From a phage, in the sequence record PV946933.1: 64,000 nucleotides of DNA; one strand, 5' to 3'. A model generated the notes under the pieces. It was given only the letters and a program-made list of their open reading frames with translations. It was not told the DNA's origin and did no database searches. Position numbers and translations under genes: made by a program. This document shows positions 26,608 to 36,556 of this stretch, piece by piece; position 1 is the stretch's first letter; every line of letters starts with the position of its first letter.

Positions 26608-26867
26608 CTTTTGATGAATTTAAAAATGATATGATGAGTCAGCATTTTGAATGCGAAGTAAAAGATGATATTGGTCATAAAGAAATTATTGAATACTGGT
26701 TTGAACCACTAGAGGTTGAAGATAATTGTATTAAAAAGGTCACGGTCTGCACTGACTGGGCTGTATCTTTTAACTTCAACATTTTAGATAATGACACACC
26801 TAAATCATTACAAGATATGGCTGTATCTTGTATTAAGGATGCATACTGTGAAGTTTTCGACATTTGA
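26604..26867 (+). CDS. hypothetical acidic protein (87 aa)
   Basis: ORF. Confidence 0.4.
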   Translation: MTFDEFKNDMMSQHFECEVKDDIGHKEIIEYWFEPLEVEDNCIKKVTVCTDWAVSFNFNILDNDTPKSLQDMAVSCIKDAYCEVFDI

Positions 26868-27054
26868 CATTAACGATGAATTCATAGCAAATATTGAATA
26901 CACCGAAGAAGATTCTAGATATGTTGGAATAATTTATATCACATCAAAAGCAGCACAAGGTGTTGTTTGCATGGCTGAATTTGATGAATACTTTTTAGAT
27001 TATGATGATATGATAGAATGGTCTAAAAGATACGTTAAAAGGAATCTTTTGTGA
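26839..27054 (+). CDS. hypothetical protein (about 70 aa, start uncertain)
   Basis: ORF. Confidence 0.3.
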   Translation: MHTVKFSTFDINDEFIANIEYTEEDSRYVGIIYITSKAAQGVVCMAEFDEYFLDYDDMIEWSKRYVKRNLL

Positions 27055-28733
27055 AGAATTTTAAACTAAACCGAGTTAGGTATCAAAATATAATGTCAGT
27101 AGGCGGAAATCCTATTGACATTCAACTAGATAAGGTTCAAAAAACTCTTATTACTGGACGAAATGGCGGTGGTAAGTCTACTATGTTAGAAGCCATCACA
27201 TTTGGGCTTTTTGGCAAGCCATTTCGTGATGTAAAGAAAGGTCAATTAATAAACAGCACAAATAAGAAAGAACTTTTAGTTGAACTGTGGATGGAATATG
27301 ATGAGAAAAAGTACTATATCAAAAGAGGACAAAAACCAAACGTTTTCGAAATCACCGTTAACGGTACACGTCTTAATGAATCTGCCAGCAGTAAAGATTT
27401 CCAAGCAGAATTTGAACAGCTTATCGGAATGTCATATGCCAGTTTCAAGCAGATTGTTGTCCTTGGTACAGCAGGGTATACCCCTTTCATGGGTTTGTCG
27501 ACCCCTGCGCGAAGAAAGCTTGTGGAAGACCTGCTTGAGGTAGGAACATTAGCTGAAATGGATAAGCTTAATAAAGCACTAATACGTGAATTAAATTCAC
27601 AAAACCAAGTGCTTGATGTTAAAAAAGATAGTATTATCCAACAAATTAAAATATATAATGATAACGTTGAACGCCAGAAAAAATTAACTGGTGATAACCT
27701 TACTCGTCTGCAGAATATGTATGATGATTTGGCGAAAGAAGCTAGAACGTTAAAATCGGAAATAGAAGAAGCTAATGAAAGATTAGTTAATATTGTTTTG
27801 GATGAAGACCCGACTGATGCATTTAATAAAATCGGTCAAGAAGCATTTTTAATTAAATCAAAAATTGACTCGTATAATAAAGTCATTAATATGTATCACG
27901 AAGGTGGATTATGTCCAACCTGTTTGTCACAATTAAGTTCCGGTGATAAAGTTGTTTCTAAAATTAAAGATAAAGTTTCTGAATGTACGCATTCATTTGA
28001 ACAGCTTTCAACGCATCGTGATAATTTAAAAGTTCTTGTTGATGAATACCGAGATAATATTAAAACCCAGCAGACGTTGGCGAATGATATTCGCAATAAA
28101 AAGCAATCCTTAATCACGACGGTAGATAAAGCTAAAAAAGTTAAAGCAGCTATAGAAAAAGCATCATCCGAGTTTATTGACCATGCTGATGAAATAGCAC
28201 TGCTTCAAGAAGAACTTGATAAAATTGTTAAGACAAAAACTAATTTAGTAATGGAAAAATACCATAGAGGAATTTTGACTGACATGCTCAAAGATTCTGG
28301 TATTAAAGGTGCTATTATTAAAAAGTACATTCCATTATTTAATAAGCAGATTAACCATTATCTTAAAATAATGGAAGCGGATTATGTGTTTACATTAGAT
28401 GAAGAATTTAATGAGACAATTAAATCCCGTGGTCGTGAAGATTTTAGTTATGCTTCATTTAGTGAAGGTGAAAAAGCACGAATCGATATTGCTCTTTTAT
28501 TTACTTGGCGTGATATTGCTTCTATCGTATCTGGTGTTAGTATTAGTACATTAATTCTTGATGAAGTGTTTGATGGGTCATTTGATGCCGAAGGTATTAA
28601 AGGTGTAGCGAATATTATAAATTCAATGAAAAATACTAATGTTTTTATAATTTCGCATAAAGACCATGACCCGCAAGAATATGGTCAGCATCTTCAAATG
28701 AAGAAAGTTGGTCGATTTACTGTAATGGTTTAA
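27051..28733 (+). CDS. 46: recombination ATPase subunit gp46 (Rad50/SbcC-like)
   Basis: 560 aa; Walker A GRNGGGKST; long coiled-coil middle with CPTC zinc hook; signature and Walker B near C-terminus; GTG start. Confidence 0.9.
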   Translation: MKNFKLNRVRYQNIMSVGGNPIDIQLDKVQKTLITGRNGGGKSTMLEAITFGLFGKPFRDVKKGQLINSTNKKELLVELWMEYDEKKYYIKRGQKPNVFEITVNGTRLNESASSKDFQAEFEQLIGMSYASFKQIVVLGTAGYTPFMGLSTPARRKLVEDLLEVGTLAEMDKLNKALIRELNSQNQVLDVKKDSIIQQIKIYNDNVERQKKLTGDNLTRLQNMYDDLAKEARTLKSEIEEANERLVNIVLDEDPTDAFNKIGQEAFLIKSKIDSYNKVINMYHEGGLCPTCLSQLSSGDKVVSKIKDKVSECTHSFEQLSTHRDNLKVLVDEYRDNIKTQQTLANDIRNKKQSLITTVDKAKKVKAAIEKASSEFIDHADEIALLQEELDKIVKTKTNLVMEKYHRGILTDMLKDSGIKGAIIKKYIPLFNKQINHYLKIMEADYVFTLDEEFNETIKSRGREDFSYASFSEGEKARIDIALLFTWRDIASIVSGVSISTLILDEVFDGSFDAEGIKGVANIINSMKNTNVFIISHKDHDPQEYGQHLQMKKVGRFTVMV

Positions 28734-28747
28734 TTTATAAGAGATTA

Positions 28748-28771
28748 TGCTTTAATTTATTAGAGTATAAT
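28748..28771 (+). promoter_or_regulatory. MotA-dependent middle promoter candidate
   Basis: MotA-box-like TGCTTTA, 11-nt spacer, TATAAT; flanked by inverted repeat 28740-28748 / 28767-28775. Confidence 0.5.
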
Positions 28772-28788
28772 CTCTATGGAGGAAAAAC

Positions 28789-28977
28789 ATGGAATATTCA
28801 ACTGGACAGCATCTATTAACTATTCCTGAAATAAAACGATATATTCTGAGAAATAATTTTTCTAATGAAGAGCATATAGTTACTGAATCTATGCTTAAGA
28901 ATGCATTTAAAGCAGAATATACGAAAATAATGTCCAACAGAAATGAAGCTTGGACTGTTATTGATTATTATGACTAA
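28789..28977 (+). CDS. hypothetical small protein (62 aa)
   Basis: Middle-promoter-like element upstream (28748-28771). Confidence 0.4.
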   Translation: MEYSTGQHLLTIPEIKRYILRNNFSNEEHIVTESMLKNAFKAEYTKIMSNRNEAWTVIDYYD

Positions 28978-28986
28978 AGGTGTATT

Positions 28987-29376
28987 ATGACTAAAATTAC
29001 TGTGAATTATACTGTTGATGTAAAAGATATTCAGCCAAAACACGTGCGTTCTGAATCAAATCCACAAAACCAAAATAAAATTCGTCGAGCATGGGTTTTG
29101 TCTCTTTCTGATAATGCGATGGAAGTTATTCAGAGCAAAATTAAATCTGCACCTGCTCGTCATGCGTATTATGAAGCTATCGATCGTGAAGTGAGTGATA
29201 AATGGATTGAACTGATGCGCAAACATACGGCAGAATCTCTAAATGCTGGTGCTAAATTTATTATGACTTCATGCGGTGAACGCCTTGAAGATAATTATTG
29301 CGGTAATGCAGATGAACGTCTAATTGTTGCTGCTCAAATTGTTGCGGAAACAATTGCTGCTGATTTTAATCGTTAA
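28987..29376 (+). CDS. rpbA: RNA polymerase binding protein RpbA
   Basis: 129 aa; position between 46 and 45 as in T4. Confidence 0.7.
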   Translation: MTKITVNYTVDVKDIQPKHVRSESNPQNQNKIRRAWVLSLSDNAMEVIQSKIKSAPARHAYYEAIDREVSDKWIELMRKHTAESLNAGAKFIMTSCGERLEDNYCGNADERLIVAAQIVAETIAADFNR

Positions 29377-29402
29377 TTGCTTTATTAAATTAGTTATAAA
29401 AT
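29377..29402 (+). promoter_or_regulatory. MotA-dependent middle promoter candidate upstream of gene 45
   Basis: TTGCTTTA then TATAAAAT about 11 nt downstream. Confidence 0.55.
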
Positions 29403-29431
29403 TAAATCTCATTTGAATTGAAGGAAATTAC

Positions 29432-30118
29432 ATGAAACTGTCTAAAGATACTACTGCTCTGCTCAAAAATTTCGCTACTATTAACTCCGGTATTATGCTT
29501 AAATCCGGTCAATTTATTATGACTCGCGCGGTTAATGGTACAACTTATGCAGAAGCAAATATTTCTGACACTATTGATTTTGATGTAGCAATTTACGATT
29601 TGAACGGTTTTCTCGGTATTCTGTCTCTAGTTAATGATGATGCAGAAATTTCCCAGTCAGAAGATGGTAATATTAAAATTGCTGATGCCCGTTCAACAAT
29701 TTTTTGGCCAGCAGCCGATCCGAGTACAGTAGTTGCTCCTAATAAACCAATTCCATTCCCGGTAGCATCTGTTGTTACTGAAATTAAAGCTGAAGACCTT
29801 CAACAGCTGTTGCGTGTATCTCGTGGTCTGCAGATTGATACAATCGCTATCACAGTAAAAGAAGGTAAAATCGTAATTAACGGTTTTAATAAAGTAGAAG
29901 ATTCTGCTTTGACCCGTGTTAAATATTCTTTGACTCTTGGTGATTATGATGGTGAAAATACATTTAATTTCATTATCAATATGGCAAATATGAAAATGCA
30001 ACCAGGAAATTATAAACTTCTGCTCTGGGCAAAAGGTAAACAAGGCGCTGCTAAATTTGAAGGTGAACACGCGAATTATGTAGTAGCTCTTGAAGCTGAT
30101 TCTACCCACGACTTTTAA
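29432..30118 (+). CDS. 45: sliding clamp gp45
   Basis: 228 aa; recalled T4 gp45; MotA-box middle promoter upstream. Confidence 0.92.
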   Translation: MKLSKDTTALLKNFATINSGIMLKSGQFIMTRAVNGTTYAEANISDTIDFDVAIYDLNGFLGILSLVNDDAEISQSEDGNIKIADARSTIFWPAADPSTVVAPNKPIPFPVASVVTEIKAEDLQQLLRVSRGLQIDTIAITVKEGKIVINGFNKVEDSALTRVKYSLTLGDYDGENTFNFIINMANMKMQPGNYKLLLWAKGKQGAAKFEGEHANYVVALEADSTHDF

Positions 30119-30121
30119 TAG

Positions 30122-30140
30122 AGGGCTTCGGCCCTTTATA
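30122..30140 (+). terminator. intrinsic terminator after gene 45
   Basis: AGGGC-TTCG-GCCCT then TTTATAATTT. Confidence 0.7.
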
Positions 30141-30169
30141 ATTTACACTAAAACTTGAATGAGGAAATT

Positions 30170-31129
30170 ATGATTACTGTAAATGAAAAAGAACACATTC
30201 TTGAACAGAAATATCGTCCATCTACTATCGATGAATGTATTCTTCCCGCCTTTGATAAAGAAACCTTTAAATCTATTACAAGTAAAGGTAAGATTCCACA
30301 TATTATTCTTCATTCTCCTTCTCCAGGAACAGGTAAAACAACCGTAGCAAAAGCATTGTGTCATGACGTAAATGCTGATATGATGTTTGTGAATGGGTCA
30401 GATTGTAAAATTGATTTCGTTCGCGGTCCTTTGACCAATTTTGCTAGTGCAGCTTCATTTGATGGTCGTCAAAAAGTAATCGTCATTGATGAATTTGACC
30501 GTTCAGGATTAGCAGAGTCTCAGCGACATCTTCGTTCCTTTATGGAAGCTTATAGTTCAAACTGCAGTATTATTATTACTGCTAACAATATTGATGGTAT
30601 TATTAAACCGCTTCAGTCACGCTGCCGAGTTATTACATTCGGTCAACCGACCGATGAAGATAAAATTGAAATGATGAAGCAGATGATTCGTCGATTGACT
30701 GAAATCTGTAAGCATGAAGGAATTGCTATAGCTGATATGAAAGTTGTAGCAGCTTTGGTTAAAAAGAATTTTCCTGATTTTCGTAAAACTATTGGCGAGC
30801 TTGATAGTTATTCATCTAAAGGTGTTTTGGATGCTGGTATTTTATCACTGGTTACTAACGATCGTGGTGCTATTGATGATGTTCTTGAATCTCTCAAAAA
30901 TAAAGATGTTAAACAGCTCAGAGCTTTAGCGCCAAAATATGCAGCTGATTATTCGTGGTTCGTAGGTAAACTTGCCGAAGAAATTTATTCACGTGTAACT
31001 CCGCAAAGTATTATTCGTATGTATGAAATTGTTGGTGAAAATAACCAGTATCATGGAATTGCGGCTAATACTGAATTACATTTAGCATATCTTTTCATTC
31101 AATTAGCGTGTGAAATGCAGTGGAAGTGA
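30170..31129 (+). CDS. 44: clamp loader large subunit gp44 (AAA+)
   Basis: 319 aa from ATG 30170; Walker [11 protein letters not shown]; SRC motif. Confidence 0.92.
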
Positions 31130-31130
31130 T

Positions 31131-31694
31131 ATGAGCTTATTTGAAGATGATATTCAATTAAACGAGCATCAAGTTGCTTGGTATTCAAAAGATTGGACAG
31201 CTGTCCAATCTGCTGCTGATTCTTTTAAAGAAAAAGCTGAAAATGAATTTTTTGAAATAATTGGAGCTATTAATAATAAAACTAAATGCTCTATTGCTCA
31301 AAAAGATTATTCAAAATACATGGTTGAGAATGCATTATCACAATTTCCGGAGTGCATGCCAGCTGTATATGCTATGAATTTAATTGGATCAGGTTTAAGC
31401 GATGAAGCCCATTTTAATTATCTGATGGCTGCTGTTCCTCGGGGTAAAAGATATGGTAAATGGGCAAAACTGGTTGAAGATTCTACTGAAGTATTGATTA
31501 TTAAGTTACTTGCTAAGCGGTATCAAGTTAATACAAATGATGCAATTAACTATAAATCAATTCTTACTAAAAATGGAAAACTTCCTTTAGTATTAAAAGA
31601 ACTAAAAGGTTTAGTCACGGATGATTTTTTGAAAGAAGTGACTAAGAATGTAAAAGAACAGAAACAACTTAAAAAACTAGCATTGGAATGGTAA
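31131..31694 (+). CDS. 62: clamp loader small subunit gp62
   Basis: 187 aa from ATG 31131; overlaps the end of gene 44. Confidence 0.88.
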   Translation: MSLFEDDIQLNEHQVAWYSKDWTAVQSAADSFKEKAENEFFEIIGAINNKTKCSIAQKDYSKYMVENALSQFPECMPAVYAMNLIGSGLSDEAHFNYLMAAVPRGKRYGKWAKLVEDSTEVLIIKLLAKRYQVNTNDAINYKSILTKNGKLPLVLKELKGLVTDDFLKEVTKNVKEQKQLKKLALEW

Positions 31695-31695
31695 A

Positions 31696-32064
31696 ATGAT
31701 TGAAATTACTCTTAAAAAACCTGAAGATTTTCTGAAAGTTAAAGAAACTTTGACTCGTATGGGAATTGCTAATAATAAAGATAAAGTTCTGTATCAGTCC
31801 TGTCATATTCTTCAGAAAAAAGGACTATACTATATCGTTCATTTTAAAGAAATGCTTCGTATGGATGGTCGTCAAGTTGAAATGACAGAAGAAGATGAAG
31901 TTCGTCGTGATTCGATTGCATGGCTGTTAGAAGATTGGGGACTGATTGAAATCGCTCCAGGTCAAAGAACTTTTATGAAAGATTTAACTAATAACTTCCG
32001 AGTTATTTCTTTTAAGCAAAAACATGAATGGAAACTCGTTCCCAAATATACGATTGGTAATTAA
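31696..32064 (+). CDS. regA: translational repressor RegA
   Basis: 122 aa; position after 62 as in T4. Confidence 0.88.
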   Translation: MIEITLKKPEDFLKVKETLTRMGIANNKDKVLYQSCHILQKKGLYYIVHFKEMLRMDGRQVEMTEEDEVRRDSIAWLLEDWGLIEIAPGQRTFMKDLTNNFRVISFKQKHEWKLVPKYTIGN

Positions 32065-32066
32065 GC

Positions 32067-32090
32067 AAGGGGCTTCGGCCCCTTATTTGG
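32067..32090 (+). terminator. intrinsic terminator after regA
   Basis: AAGGGGC-TTCG-GCCCCTT then ATTT. Confidence 0.7.
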
Positions 32091-32142
32091 AGTATAATAT
32101 ATCAAGAGCCTAATAACTCGGGCTATAAACTAAGGAATATCT

Positions 32143-34839
32143 ATGAAAGAATTTTATATCTCTATCGAAACAGTCGGAAATAATATTGTTGAACGTTATA
32201 TTGATGAAAATGGAAAGGAACGTACTCGTGAAGTAGAATATCTTCCGACTATGTTTAGGCATTGTAAGGAAGAGTCAAAATACAAAGACATTTATGGTAA
32301 AAATTGTGCTCCTCAAAAATTTCCATCAATGAAAGATGCCCGAGATTGGATGAAACGAATGGAAGACATCGGTCTCGAAGCTCTCGGTATGAACGATTTT
32401 AAACTCGCTTATATCAGTGATACATATGGTTCAGAAATTGTTTATGACCGAAAATTTGTTCGTGTAGCTAACTGTGACATTGAGGTTACTGGTGATAAAT
32501 TTCCTGACCCAATGAAAGCAGAATATGAAATTGATGCTATCACCCATTATGATTCAATTGACGACCGTTTTTACGTCTTTGATTTGTTGAATTCAATGTA
32601 CGGTTCAGTATCAAAATGGGATGCAAAGTTAGCTGCTAAGCTTGACTGTGAAGGTGGTGATGAAGTTCCTCAGGAAATTCTTGACCGAGTAATTTATATG
32701 CCATTTGATAATGAGCGTGATATGCTCATGGAATATATTAATCTCTGGGAACAGAAACGACCTGCTATTTTTACTGGTTGGAATATTGAGGGATTTGACG
32801 TTCCGTATATCATGAATCGTGTTAAAATGGTTCTCGGTGAACGTAGTATGAAACGTTTCTCTCCAATCGGTCGAGTAAAATCTAAACTAATTCAAAATAT
32901 GTACGGTAGCAAAGAAATTTATTCTATTGATGGCGTATCTATTCTTGATTATTTAGATTTATACAAGAAGTTCGCATTTACTAATTTGCCATCGTTCTCT
33001 TTGGAATCAGTTGCTCAACATGAAACCAAAAAAGGTAAATTGCCGTACGATGGTCCTATTAATAAACTTCGTGAGACTAATCATCAACGATACATTAGTT
33101 ATAACATCATTGACGTAGAATCAGTTCAAGCAATTGATAAAATTCGTGGGTTTATCGATCTAGTTTTAAGTATGTCTTATTATGCTAAAATGCCTTTTTC
33201 TGGCGTAATGAGTCCTATTAAAACTTGGGATGCTATTATTTTTAACTCATTGAAAGGTGAACATAAGGTTATTCCTCAACAAGGTTCGCACGTTAAACAA
33301 AGTTTTCCAGGTGCATTTGTATTTGAACCTAAAGCGATTGCTCGTCGATACATTATGAGTTTTGACTTGACGTCTCTATATCCTAGCATTATTCGTCAGG
33401 TTAACATTAGTCCTGAAACTATTCGTGGTCAGTTTAAAGTTCATCCAATTCATGAATATATCGCAGGAACAGCTCCTAAACCGAGTGATGAATATTCTTG
33501 TTCTCCGAATGGATGGATGTATGATAAGCATCAAGAAGGTATCATTCCAAAGGAAATCGCTAAAGTATTTTTCCAGCGTAAAGATTGGAAAAAGAAAATG
33601 TTCGCCGAAGAAATGAATGCCGAAGCTATTAAAAAGATTATTATGAAAGGTGCAGGGTCTTGTTCAACTAAACCAGAAGTTGAACGATATGTTAAGTTCA
33701 ATGATGATTTCTTAAATGAATTATCGAATTACACCGAATCTGTTCTTAATAGTCTGATCGAAGAATGTGAAAAAGCAGCTACACTTGCTAACACAAATCA
33801 GCTGAACCGTAAAATTCTTATTAACAGTCTTTATGGTGCTCTTGGTAACATTCATTTCCGCTATTATGATTTGCGAAATGCTACTGCTATCACAATTTTC
33901 GGTCAAGTTGGTATTCAGTGGATTGCTCGTAAAATTAATGAATATCTGAATAAAGTATGTGGAACTGATGGTGAAGATTTCATCGCAGCAGGTGATACTG
34001 ATTCGGTATATGTTTGTGTAGATAAAGTTATTGAAAAAGTAGGTCTTGACCGCTTTAAAGAACAAAATGATTTAGTTGAATTCATGAATCAGTTTGGTAA
34101 GAAAAAGATGGAACCTATGATTGATGTTGCATATCGTGAGTTATGTGATTATATGAATAACCGCGAGCATCTGATGCATATGGACCGTGAAGCTATTTCT
34201 TGCCCTCCACTTGGTTCAAAGGGTGTTGGTGGATTTTGGAAAGCGAAAAAACGTTATGCTCTAAACGTTTATGATATGGAAGATAAGCGATTTGCTGAAC
34301 CACATCTAAAAATCATGGGTATGGAAACTCAGCAGAGTTCAACACCAAAAGCAGTACAAGAAGCTCTCGAAGAAAGTATTCGTCGTATTCTTCAGGAAGG
34401 CGAAGAGTCTGTCCAAGAATACTACAAGAACTTTGAGAAAGAATATCGTCAACTTGACTATAAAGTTATTGCTGAAGTAAAAACTGCGAACGATATAGCG
34501 AAATATGATGATAAAGGTTGGCCAGGATTTAAATGCCCGTTCCACATTCGTGGGGTGCTAACTTATCGTCGAGCTGTTAGTGGTTTAGGTGTAGCTCCAA
34601 TTTTGGATGGAAATAAGGTAATGGTTCTTCCATTACGTGAGGGAAATCCATTTGGTGACAAGTGCATTGCTTGGCCGTCGGGTACGGAACTTCCAAAAGA
34701 AATTCGTTCTGATGTACTGTCTTGGATTGACTACTCAACTTTGTTCCAAAAATCGTTTGTTAAACCGCTTGCGGGTATGTGTGAATCGGCAGGTATGGAC
34801 TATGAAGAAAAAGCTTCGTTAGACTTCCTGTTTGGCTGA
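32143..34839 (+). CDS. 43: DNA polymerase gp43 (family B)
   Basis: 898 aa; exonuclease and polymerase motifs (DIE, YGDTDS). Confidence 0.95.
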   Translation: MKEFYISIETVGNNIVERYIDENGKERTREVEYLPTMFRHCKEESKYKDIYGKNCAPQKFPSMKDARDWMKRMEDIGLEALGMNDFKLAYISDTYGSEIVYDRKFVRVANCDIEVTGDKFPDPMKAEYEIDAITHYDSIDDRFYVFDLLNSMYGSVSKWDAKLAAKLDCEGGDEVPQEILDRVIYMPFDNERDMLMEYINLWEQKRPAIFTGWNIEGFDVPYIMNRVKMVLGERSMKRFSPIGRVKSKLIQNMYGSKEIYSIDGVSILDYLDLYKKFAFTNLPSFSLESVAQHETKKGKLPYDGPINKLRETNHQRYISYNIIDVESVQAIDKIRGFIDLVLSMSYYAKMPFSGVMSPIKTWDAIIFNSLKGEHKVIPQQGSHVKQSFPGAFVFEPKAIARRYIMSFDLTSLYPSIIRQVNISPETIRGQFKVHPIHEYIAGTAPKPSDEYSCSPNGWMYDKHQEGIIPKEIAKVFFQRKDWKKKMFAEEMNAEAIKKIIMKGAGSCSTKPEVERYVKFNDDFLNELSNYTESVLNSLIEECEKAATLANTNQLNRKILINSLYGALGNIHFRYYDLRNATAITIFGQVGIQWIARKINEYLNKVCGTDGEDFIAAGDTDSVYVCVDKVIEKVGLDRFKEQNDLVEFMNQFGKKKMEPMIDVAYRELCDYMNNREHLMHMDREAISCPPLGSKGVGGFWKAKKRYALNVYDMEDKRFAEPHLKIMGMETQQSSTPKAVQEALEESIRRILQEGEESVQEYYKNFEKEYRQLDYKVIAEVKTANDIAKYDDKGWPGFKCPFHIRGVLTYRRAVSGLGVAPILDGNKVMVLPLREGNPFGDKCIAWPSGTELPKEIRSDVLSWIDYSTLFQKSFVKPLAGMCESAGMDYEEKASLDFLFG

Positions 34840-34851
34840 TAGAATAAATCT

Positions 34852-34874
34852 AGGGACCTCCAGGTCCCTTTTTC
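34852..34874 (+). terminator. intrinsic terminator after gene 43
   Basis: AGGGACC-TCCA-GGTCCCT plus T5. Confidence 0.85.
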
Positions 34875-34936
34875 ATACAAGTAATATAAATCTATACTTA
34901 TGAAAAAGAGATGATTCTGGACCCTTTGGATTCCCT

Positions 34937-35025
34937 AAAATTTTTTCACAAAACTGTTTACATCCCTGTTCTTCCATGGTACTATACAACTATCAACTAC
35001 TGATACGGATTTGGAGAATGAAATG
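34937..35025 (+). repeat. PeSL-like promoter-leader cassette, copy 2
   Basis: Same conserved upstream block, GTTTAC, GGTACTATACAACTATCAACT, GATACGGATTTGGAGAAT and ATG. Confidence 0.8.
34956..34985 (+). promoter_or_regulatory. T4-type early promoter (in PeSL copy 2)
   Basis: GTTTAC-N18-TACTAT. Confidence 0.7.
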
Positions 35026-35403
35026 AAAATCGCTATTTTGGTTATTGCATTGGGTCTTACTGGTTGTGTAGCTCAAGGACCGGTAGTAAATCAGTCTGAT
35101 GTAGGAAAAATTGTAAACTGTTCAAGCAAATTTTATAATCCTAATGTCAAGTGTTATAAAGAAGCTCCAAAACAGACAGTAGAACAAATGCAGGCGAATT
35201 TTGACGAAGCTATTCGTCCAGATGAATCTGCACAAGCATATCGTAATTCAGATGTGATTACGCGTGAAGAAAAAATTGAAAACTACTGCGCCATGCTTTG
35301 GGCAAATTGGGCTAATAATTACCAATGGCGTACAGGTAAAAACGCTCCGATGGAGTATGTAGTGAATTCTTATAATTCATGTGTAAAAAATTTGACTAAG
35401 TGA
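35023..35403 (+). CDS. lipoprotein (126 aa) driven by PeSL-like cassette
   Basis: Signal peptide with lipobox LTGC; Cys-containing mature part. Confidence 0.55.
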   Translation: MKIAILVIALGLTGCVAQGPVVNQSDVGKIVNCSSKFYNPNVKCYKEAPKQTVEQMQANFDEAIRPDESAQAYRNSDVITREEKIENYCAMLWANWANNYQWRTGKNAPMEYVVNSYNSCVKNLTK

Positions 35404-35410
35404 GGAAAAC

Positions 35411-35662
35411 ATGGAAACTTTAGTAGCAGGTTCAATTTTTATGGTTTTAGTTTCAGGCGTGTTGGCTATTATTATATACATGCTTCCGTGGTTCATCGCC
35501 TTGATGCGTGGGTCAAAATCGACAGTAGGAATCTTTTTCACATCTTTACTGTTTAACTGGTCAATTATCGGTTGGTTTATTACATTTATTTGGTCAATTG
35601 CCGGTGAAACTAAAAAATCTGCACAGCAAAACCAAGTAATTATCATCAGAGAGAAGGAATGA
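35411..35662 (+). CDS. imm: superinfection immunity protein Imm
   Basis: 83 aa two-TM membrane protein; position between 43 and 42. Confidence 0.85.
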   Translation: METLVAGSIFMVLVSGVLAIIIYMLPWFIALMRGSKSTVGIFFTSLLFNWSIIGWFITFIWSIAGETKKSAQQNQVIIIREKE

Positions 35663-35808
35663 AAAGCAAAATTATAGCAGTGCTGCTTTTAATCTTGATG
35701 ATTATAATAAGTATATACTATAGTGTAACGGTTCCTCTTATGATTCCAACGCTTATTATAGGGTGGAGTTTATTACTGTTACAAGTTAAATATGAATGTA
35801 TCAATTGA
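35659..35808 (+). CDS. small membrane peptide (49 aa, not in track)
   Basis: ATGA coupling to imm stop; hydrophobic. Confidence 0.3.
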   Translation: MKSKIIAVLLLILMIIISIYYSVTVPLMIPTLIIGWSLLLLQVKYECIN

Positions 35809-35815
35809 GGTTTAA

Positions 35816-36556
35816 ATGATTAATGACTCTATGACAGTTGAAGAAATCCGTCTTCATTTAGGAATTGCATTAAAGGAAAAAGATTTCGTAGTTGATAAAA
35901 CTGGTGTTAAAACTATTGAAATTATTGGTGCATCATTTGTAGCAGATGAACCTTTTATTTTTGGTGCTCTTAATGATGAATACATTCAGCGTGAACTTGA
36001 ATGGTATAAATCTAAAAGTTTGTTTGTTAAAGATATTCCGGGTGAAACACCGAAGATTTGGCAGCAGGTAGCATCTTCTAAAGGCGAAATTAATTCGAAT
36101 TACGGTTGGGCCATCTGGTCAGAAGATAACTATGCTCAGTATGATATGTGTTTAGCTGAACTTGGTCAAAATCCTGATTCTCGCCGCGGTATCATGATTT
36201 ATACTCGTCCATCCATGCAGTTTGACTACAACAAAGATGGTATGTCAGATTTCATGTGTACGAATACAGTACAGTACCTGATTCGTGATAAGAAAATTAA
36301 TGCAGTGGTTAACATGAGAAGTAATGATTGCTGGGCAGGCTATCGTAATGATTATGCATGGCAAAAATACGTACTAGATAAATTAGTATCTGATTTGAAT
36401 GCAGGCGACCCATCGCGGCAATATAAAGCAGGTTCTATTATATGGAACGTTGGAAGTCTTCATGTTTACGAAAATCAGTTTTATTTAGTTGACCATTGGT
36501 GGAACACCGGTGAAACTCATATTGCTAAAAAGGATTATACTGGAAAATGGAAGTAA
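35816..36556 (+). CDS. 42: dCMP hydroxymethylase gp42
   Basis: 246 aa; thymidylate-synthase-like fold motifs. Confidence 0.9.
   Translation: MINDSMTVEEIRLHLGIALKEKDFVVDKTGVKTIEIIGASFVADEPFIFGALNDEYIQRELEWYKSKSLFVKDIPGETPKIWQQVASSKGEINSNYGWAIWSEDNYAQYDMCLAELGQNPDSRRGIMIYTRPSMQFDYNKDGMSDFMCTNTVQYLIRDKKINAVVNMRSNDCWAGYRNDYAWQKYVLDKLVSDLNAGDPSRQYKAGSIIWNVGSLHVYENQFYLVDHWWNTGETHIAKKDYTGKWK

Noticed and set aside
29693-30109. Minus-strand ORF of 138 aa inside gene 45 (and similar antisense ORFs at 14694-14927, 33721-34065, 50649-51032, 54144-55229, 56774-57334, 57515-57829 and others)
   Set aside because: They lie entirely antisense to well-supported plus-strand genes, lack RBS and promoters, and are the expected by-product of an AT-rich genome.
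32091-32142. Possible gene 43 translational operator or promoter in the regA-43 gap
   Set aside because: There is a TATAAT-like hexamer and weak inverted repeats, but I could not define a convincing hairpin plus RBS arrangement from sequence alone.
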